From Bacilli bacterium (GTDB lineage Bacteria; Bacillota_I; Bacilli_A; RF39; UBA660): a DNA stretch of 64,000 nucleotides. The notes under the pieces are model-generated. The model did no database searches. It worked only from the letters and a program-made list of their open reading frames with translations, and was not told the DNA's origin. Made by a program: the position numbers and the translations under genes. Of this stretch, positions 22,901 to 31,900 are shown piece by piece (position 1 is the stretch's first letter; each line of letters begins with the position of its first letter). The stretch spans positions 594 to 64,593 of the forward strand of contig JAFWJA010000013.1 of assembly GCA_017511805.1 (NCBI GenBank), written 5' to 3'.

Positions 22901-25900
22901 GACTATGTGGTTCATCTGGATTAAACTCAACTGGACAATTTGGATTAGGTGGAGCTTCAGCCGATTCTTCTTGTGGAGGATCTGGTGGTGGAGGTGGATA
23001 CTACGGTGGTGGTGGTTCACTTCGTCAACATAATGGTGCTGGTGGAGGATCAAGTTATATTGGTCATTCTAGATTAAGCGATGCTGTTATGTATGGATAT
23101 AAGGTTCAATCTTCCGCAGGAGTTTGGGTAAATAACTATCTAGGAGATATGGAAGGATTCTTACAAGTAGGTTCTGAAGTATTTAATAGTTTTGAAGATG
23201 CTAATGCATATATAGTTGAAAATCTATCTGGAACAGGAACTATTAATGTTATAAAAGATGCAACTATAACAGAATCAATAACATTCCCAGAAAGTACAAA
23301 TATAACAGTTGATCTAAAAGGTCATAAGTTAATTACATCAAATACAATAATTAATAATTCAAGTCTAGTTATTCAAGATACAGTAGGTAATGGTGTTATT
23401 CATAATAAGAAAGGTGACACAATACAAAATAACTTAAACTTAACAGTAGATGGTGCTAAGTTAAAGACATCTGCGGATGCGGTTATATGGGCAAAAACTG
23501 GAACTGGAGTTCTATTAATTAAAGGTAATTCAGTATTAGAAGGATCTAGAGCGATAGTTCTTGATTCTGCTCAAAAACTTACTGTATCTGATACTTATAT
23601 GCATACTACATCTGATGCTATAAGATCTAATGTAGCTAATGCCAATATTACTATTAATTCAGGTACTAATATTGATGCTGGTGATCTAGGTATTAGACTA
23701 CAAAATTCTGGTAATACTTTAGTAGTTAATGGTGGTACTATAAAAGGTACTAATTATGGTATATATAGTTATGGAGCTACTAATACTATTACAATTAATG
23801 ATGGTATTATAACAGGTACTAATAATGATGGTATTAGAGAAGATTATACTTCAAGTGGAGGTACACTTTCAGTATTAGGTGGAACTGTTACTGGTGGTAG
23901 ATATGGTATTTATTGTTATGGAGAATTATTGACAGTAGAAAATGCAGAAGTTAAAACTACATCAGCTAATAGAGATCACTATGCAATATATACTAGTTGG
24001 GGTACAACTCATATTAATGATGGAGCATTTATAAATGCACCTGATGCATCAGGTATCTGGGCAGAAGATGATTTATATATAGAAGCAGGCAGTAGAATAT
24101 TTGCTGGTAATAGATCAGCATATGGTATCGCAGAAAGATGGTCAAATACATTTGTTATCAATGGTGGTACTATAGAAACTCCTGGTTATAATGCAATGGG
24201 TATTTATTCATATGATAATCTAGTTAACTTAACTATGAACAGTGGTACAATAACTTCTGGTCATATAGGGTTATACTTAAATACATCTAGTAATTATACT
24301 AGAGTAGTAAATATTTATGGTGGTTCTATTTCAGGAGAAACTTATGGTATTTATCAACCACAAAACTATACAACAACAATAGGTGATAATGAAAGTGAAT
24401 TATCAACAACAGTTCCATATATAACTGGTGGATTATATGGTATATATAATACAGCAGGTACTGTTAATTTATATAGTGGTAGATTAAGAGGTCAAACTTA
24501 TGGATACTACAATGCAATTAATGATATAAGAGAAGAAAAAGTCATAAAAGAAGAAATAGAAGGTAATGAAGATATTGGTGTAACATCAACATATTCAGTT
24601 AATACATCATCAAGTACCGCAACTGCTAAAATTCCAAAAGCGGGCGCAGGATATGTAAGAATTACATACTTAGATGAAACTAATGCTACTTATACACAAA
24701 ATCAAACATTTGAATATAGTTACTTAGGTTCTGAAGAAACATTTACTCCTTTAGTAACTGGTAATTATTCATTAGAAGTATGGGGAGCTCAAGGTGGTTC
24801 AATTAATTCTAGTTATCTTGGTGGTTATGGTGGTTACTCATATGGTGAAATTGAATTAACTGCTAATGAAACACTTTATATTAATGTTGGAGGACAAGGT
24901 TCATATGGAAGTTCATCTATTCCAGGAGGATATAATGGTGGTGGTATTGGTACAGGTGGTTACTGTAACGGTACACGTTATGCTGCTTCTGGTGGAGGTG
25001 CTACTCATATAGCTACATCATCAGGAGTATTATCTTCACTTGAAAATGATAAATCATCAATCTTAATTGTTGCCGGTGGTGGTGGAGGTTCATCATCATA
25101 TGGAGCATATGGTTCTGGAGGATCCGGAGGAGGATTCAAAGGAGCAAATGGTCAATTCACATTAAGTGGACATAGTTATTCACAATATGCTACAGGTGGA
25201 ACTCAAACATCAGGTGGTATCTTTGGTAACAGTTATGCTTTACAAAAGAATGTAGTTTCAGGTTCATTTGGACAAGGTGGAAATCTTGATACAAGATCTT
25301 GTTCTGAAGGTTCTGGAGGTGGTGGAGGCTACTACGGTGGTGGATCCGCACTATTTGGTACAGGTGGTGGAGGTTCTGGTTATATTGGAAGCTCTAGATT
25401 AACTAACAAAGCAATGTATGGTTATAGCGTACCAATAACATATGGTTCATGGATAAATAATTATTTATCTGATCCAAAACAAACTATTCTTAATGTAGAA
25501 CAAGATGTTACATACTCAAATCTTCAAACTGCATTAGATGAAGTAGAAGATGGAGAAACATTACAATTATTAGATGATATATCTATAACATATGATTTAG
25601 AAACTCAAGAGAATATTAACTTTACATTAGATATGAATGGTTATAATTTAGATACAACAAAACAAATAACTAATAATTCTAATATGAAGATAATTAATAG
25701 TACTGTGGATAGTACAGAAGAGGAAGAAATAGTAGTAGAAACTAGTGAAAGTATTTATTACTATAATGGTACTAAGTATAATAACTTATATACTGAAAAT
25801 ACATATCAAGTAGATCAAGCTACATTTGAAACAAATTATATTGATTTACCAAATGATGGTTCAGGTTATTATATTGTGTATACTGATACTATTGATTTAA

Positions 25901-28900
25901 GTCAATATAATACAATAATAGTAAAAAAGACCAACTTTGTTGGCACAAGAGCTAAGTTTGCAGAAAATCCTAACTTAGTAGGAAATGTAGGAGATACTAT
26001 TTCTCCAACATGGCAAAATATATCTGGTGATATATATGCTGCAGATATTAGTTCATACAATGATGGTAATAAGAAATTCTATATAGATGCAGATTCTGGA
26101 GAAAATGCAGGATATGTTTACTATATAGCATTCTCATCAAAAACATTAAGTGAAGTAACAGAAGATTCAAGTTTTGTTGATAATCCAACAGTAACTTATT
26201 CAAAAGCATTTAATTATACTGGAAATGAACAAGTATTCACTGCTCCAGAAGATGGAGTATATAAATTAGAATCTTGGGGAGCTTCTGGTGGAGATGCTAT
26301 TTGGAGTGATAGTGTTAGATATCCAGGTGGATATGGTGGATATTCAACAGGAACTATAAGCTTACATAAAGGTGATAAATTATACATCAACGTTGGTGGA
26401 GCTGGAACAGATGATTGTAGAGAAGACTGTGATGGTGGATACAACGGTGGTGGTATTGCATCAGGAAGTGATGGGGCAGGTTATGGAGCAATATATGTCA
26501 TAACTGCTGGTTCAGGAGGAGGAGCTACTTCAATAGCTACTGAAACTGGATTACTTGAAGATCTAGAATCTAAAAAATCATCGATTGTCTTAGTATCTGG
26601 TGGAGGAGGCGGAAGCTTAATCCACAGATACGAAAATGCTGAAAACTGGTGGCAAGGTTATGGTGGTTCTGCTGGTGGATTTGAATCTACCGCAGGTGCT
26701 ATTCCAGTAGCTGGAAGAAGTATAAGTCCAACTGTAGCTACTCAAACTACACCAGGTACAGGTTATAGCCAAAGTAGTTATTATGGACAAGGATCATTTG
26801 GTAAAGGACAAGATGGTAACTTACATAAAGATGTTGCTAACTGTGCTGGTGCCGGTGGTGGTTACTATGGTGGTGGTGCATCTGGTTATACATCAACTTC
26901 AGGTGGTTCAAGTTATATTAATACATCAGTATTAAATAATGCTTATATGATGTGTTATAACTGTACTGAATCTAATACCACTGAAACAAAGACAATTTCA
27001 ACAACAAATACTGCTTCTACACCAACATCTGAATATGCAAATGAAGGTGATGGGTACGTATTAATTACATCAATTAATGCAAAAGAAAATAATGATCAAA
27101 CATTTAATTATACTGGTTCAGAAGAAGAATTCACTGTTCCAGTATCAGGTATCTATAAATTAGAAACTTGGGGAGCTCAAGGAGGAGCAGCTATTTGTAA
27201 TAATGGAGACTGTGAATCAACACCAGGTTATGGTGGATATGCAGTCGGTGAAATATATTTATCACAAGGTACTAAACTATATATTAATGTAGGTGGTAAA
27301 GGAGGAAAAGGAACTCTAAATGCTTGCTCTACTGGAGGTTATAATGGTGGAGGTACAGGAACTAACGATGGAGGTTCTTGTGGTTCAACAGAAGATAATG
27401 AAGCCTCTGGTGGAGGAGGAGGAGCTACATCAATAGCGACAACATCTGGTCTTCTATCTACATTAGAAAATAATAAAAATAGTATATTAATAGTCTCTGG
27501 AGGAGGAGGAGGAGCTTCATACAATTATGACTCTGGTTCTGGAGGCGGTGCCTTTGGTGGTATTACTTCTACAACCAACCAAACTGAAGTAAGTCAGACT
27601 ACTGGTTATGCATTTGGTCAAGGACAAAATGCAACAGGAGCTGGTGATTCAGATGGTGTTGGAGGAGGAGGAGGAGGCTACTACGGTGGCTACTCTAACA
27701 ACGTAAGCTTTAAATCAGCTGGATCAGGTGGTTCAGGTTATATAGGAAATTCAAGATTAAATACTAAACATATGGCTTGTTATGATTGTGATATATCAAG
27801 TGAAAGTAGTTCAAAAACTATCTCAGTAACAGATGTATCTGAAACACCAGTTGCTAACTATGCTAAGATTGGTGATGGTGCTGCAAAGATATCATTTGTA
27901 AGAACTACATCTACAGTTGAATTTGATTATACTGGTGATGTTCAACAGTTTGTTGCTCCAGAAACAGCTAAGTATAAAATAGAAGCTTGGGGAGCTCAAG
28001 GTGGATCGACAGATTTAAATTCTGGTGGTAAAGGAGCATATACATCAGGTATCATTGATTTAAATAAAGATGATGTCATATATGTTTACGTTGGTGCAAC
28101 GCCAGGTGATGATTCTAGATCAGTTGCCGCATATAATGGTGGTGGTTTATCGTCAGGAGAACCTGAATATAGTTCAGGTGGTGGTGGTGCTACTGACATT
28201 AGATTAGTATCAGGAACTTGGAATGATCAATCTTCATTAGCTTCAAGAATAATGGTTGCAGGAGCTGGTGGAGGAGCATATACATATGAATTAAGTAACT
28301 TTAAATTTGATGGTGGTGCAGCCGGTGGATTAGAAGGAGCAACTGGAGAATACTCAAATACTTGTGCTTCAACAGGTGGTACTCAAACTAGCGGTGGAAC
28401 ATGTTCATCGAATAATTCTACTGCAGGTTCATTTGGACAAGGTGGTAATTCTGTAGGAGGAAGAGCTTCTGGTGGAGGTTCAGGATACTATGGAGGAGCT
28501 GCTAGATATGATGCACCTGGCTCTGGTAGTGGAGCAGGAGGTGGATCATCATATATCTCTGGATATAGAGGATCTATAGCTATAACTTCAGGATCAGATT
28601 TAACTCCAAAAACTGGATGTACAAGTGGTACAAACGATATCGAATGTTCATACCACTATTCAGGAAAAATATTTACTAATTCTAAAATGATAGATGGTGC
28701 TTCAACTATGCCAACACACGATGGAACTAGTACAATGGTTGGTAATAGTGGAGATGGATATGCAAAGATTACTAAAGTAGAAGCAAGTCCAATAACAGAA
28801 TTTGATTATACTGGTGATGTTCAAGAATATACAGTTCCAGCAACTGGTACATATAAGATTGAAGCTTGGGGAGCTCAAGGAGCAAGCCAAACTGACACAA

Positions 28901-31900
28901 ATGGTGGAGCTTATACATCTGGAACAATTACATTAACAAAAGATACTAAATTATACATATATGTTGGTGAAAAGGGTAATTACACTAGAACTGCTACATT
29001 TAATGGTGGTGGTGTTGGTGGATTAAGTAATGAGTCAAATCCTGATGATCTTGGAAACTCTGGAGGAGGAGCAACAGATATACGTCTAGTAAAAGGTACA
29101 ACTTGGGATGATTCAAGTTCTCTAGCAAGTAGAATTATGGTTGCTGGTGGCTCTGGAGGAGGAGCTGATAGTTTATATGAAACTGCTGGTGAATATTCAA
29201 TCGCAGGTGGATTAACTGGTGGCTCTGGCGGATATTATTCTGGTCATTCATATGTAGGTCAAAATGGACAAGGTGGAACTCAAACAGCTGGTGGAGCAGC
29301 AGGAGTAAATCATTATTCAGCATCAGGTACAAATACATCAGGAAGCTTTGGTCAAGGTGGTTCATCACAAAGTACATCTGCTTATAAAGGTTCCGGCGGT
29401 GGTGGCGGAGGCTACTACGGTGGAGGAGCTGGAGGAAGTACTATGTCTGGCGGAGCTGGTCAAGGTGGTGGCGGTGGTTCATCATATATCTCAGGATATA
29501 AAGGATCAGTTGCTATAACATCTGAACAAGATCTAACTCCAAAATCAGGATGTTCTGATGGAACAACTAATGTTGAATGTTCATATCATTATTCAGGTAA
29601 TGTATTTAAGAATGCAATAATGAAAGATGGTGCTTCAACTATGCCAACACATGATGGAACTAGTACAATGGTTGGTAATAGTGGAGATGGATATGTAAAG
29701 ATTACATTTATTGAAAATGATCCTGTTACCGAATATGGCTATACAGGAACTGCTCAAGAATTCACTGCTAAAAAGACTGGTAAATATAAAATAGAAGCTT
29801 GGGGAGCTCAAGGATCAAGTAGACCTGATAATAGATCTGGTGGTCCAGGAGCATATACATCTGGTATTCTAGATTTAAATCAAGGTGATACTTTATATGT
29901 TTATGTCGGTGGAACAGGAGCTTCTGAAAAAAATAATGGTGCAGGTAATACAATACCATATGGTGAGTATGCATTTAATGGTGCTTCAGGTGGTAATTAC
30001 ACTTGTTATTCATATAACAATACAACTGCTTACAACAATTATGGTGGAGGAGCAACGGATATTAGATTAGTTTCAGGAAACTGGGATGATAGTACATCAC
30101 TTGCTTCAAGAATTATGGTTGCTGCTGGAGGAGCTGCTGCTAATGAAAATGCAGATGGAGTTCCAGGAGGAGCATTAACAGGATACGATGGAATACATGG
30201 TACAGGTGGTACTCAAACATCTGCAGGTGGACCAAGAAGTGGTTCATTTGGTAAAGCTGGTATTCCAGTATATGGTGGATATAGATGTAATGGTAGTATT
30301 GCTTCTGGTGCAGGTTCTGGATATTATGGTGGAGGAGCTTATGATCAAGATAGAGATAACAATGGAATGGGATCAGCTGGATCAGGTTCATCATATATTT
30401 CAGGATATAAAGGATCAGTTGCTATAACATCAGCATCTGATACATCTCCAAAAACTGGATGTACAAATGGAACAACGGATGTTACATGTTCATATCACTA
30501 TTCAGGAAAAGTATTTACAAATACATCAATGAGAGATGGTGCTTCATCAATGCCAACGCATGATGGTGAAGGTACTATGACCGGTAATGAAGGTGATGGA
30601 TTTGTTAAGATTACATATATTGAAGAAAAAGAAGAAGTAAGACCAGTAGACTTTGATTATACAGGAAGTGAACAAGTATTCACTGCTCCAAAAACTGGTA
30701 CTTATAAATTAGAAACTTGGGGTGCCCAAGGTGGTGGACCAGGTACAATTAATAATAAAGTAGCACTTGGTGGTTACGGAGGTTATTCAACAGGTGAAAT
30801 AACTTTAAATGCTGGTGATACATTATATATCAATGTTGGAGGAAAAGGTACTTATGGTAGAAGTGATCCTCAAACAGGTGGATATAATGGTGGAGGTAAT
30901 GTCTCTAATCGTCATGGTGATTCTAATGAAGTAAGAGCATCAGGAGGCGGAGCTACATCAATAGCAACTTCAACTGGTACATTATATGAATTAGGTCAAA
31001 ATAGTAAACAAGGTGATGTAGTTATAGTTGCCGGTGGCGGTGGTGGTTCACATTTAAATAGTGTATCTTCGTCATACTCTTATGGAGGCTCTGGTGGAGG
31101 ATTCATCGGAGGAGGATCTTCAGGAGTAGGAGATGGAACATATAACTTAAATAATGGTGGAACACAACTTGAAGTAGGTAGCTCAAGTACAAGCTGGGGT
31201 GTATCTGATTATGGTGACTTTGGAAAAGGTGCTTCTGCTTCACAAAATGGTGCAGGTGCCGGAGGTGGATACTACGGTGGTGGTGTCGGAGTAAGAGGTT
31301 CTGGTGGAGGATCTGGATATATTGATACTAGCGTTTTAGCTAATGCTAAAATGGTTATGTATCAAACAGATCAAGGTTATAAATCAACTGAACCAGAAAC
31401 ATATACAGATATTACTAGTGATGTTAATGAAGAAGCAGTATCTGATAATGCTAAATCAGGTGATGGTTTTGCAAGAATAACATACGTACCTGATAATGGA
31501 GAAAACATAACAGAAGAAGTAATTAGTGTTACAACTGTTACAAACTTCACATATGATTCTGTATTGAATAATCAATATGATGAAATGGTAGTTAGTAATG
31601 GTAAGTTAATATCAACTGTAGCTAATTCAGGAAATGCTTCAGTAACTTATTACAATAATCCAATAAGAGTTACAACTACTAAAGTAAATAATATGACTAT
31701 TATGGGTTCAATAGATTACTATAATAATAAAGATGATAATTCTTTAGGAACTCTATATGTTGGATTATCAAAGACTAATTCAAATAACATAGACTTTGAT
31801 TACTATGATGAATATGAAATTGACTCAACAACCGCAAAAACAATAGACTTTGAATTTACACCAGATGAAGTTGGAGATTATTATTTCAAGATAATTCTAG

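Larger units (their letters stand above)
18225..25480 (+). repeat. Three tandem coding super-repeats (about 2.3-2.6 kb each): long beta-helix module followed by a glycine-rich domain
   Basis: Units run approx. 18225-20810, 20810-23150 and 23150-25480. The second and third begin GF[IL][EQ]V[NG][GS]E[TV]FNSF[DE]DA; all three contain ...FTMTGGSIQGDTYGVYQTQN/VNIYGGSISGETYGIYQPQN...YNGRLRG/YSGRLRG. Nucleotide identity is about 90% over stretches such as 19621-19740 versus 21941-22060. Confidence 0.8.

Noticed and set aside
12528-30427. Fourteen short ORFs (61-110 aa) nested in other frames or strands inside the giant gene: 12528-12857(-), 13919-14152(+), 17787-18095(-), 20402-20734(+), 26214-26444(-), 27339-27524(-), 28702-28890(-), 29135-29377(-), 29768-29974(-), 29885-30070(+), 30140-30394(-), 30188-30427(+) and similar.
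   Set aside because: All lie wholly within the 23-kb ORF. Their low-complexity translations (P/V/L- or H/L/Q-rich) are what repetitive GGT/ACT/AAT-rich coding sequence gives when read off-frame. None has a recognisable RBS or motif.
26200-31490. Regular periodicity of about 0.8-0.9 kb with conserved short GC-rich segments, which could look like a repeat array or CRISPR-like structure.
   Set aside because: The period is far too long for CRISPR. The 'repeats' are the in-frame poly-Gly/WGAQGG coding motifs of protein domains within one continuous ORF. No cas genes are present.
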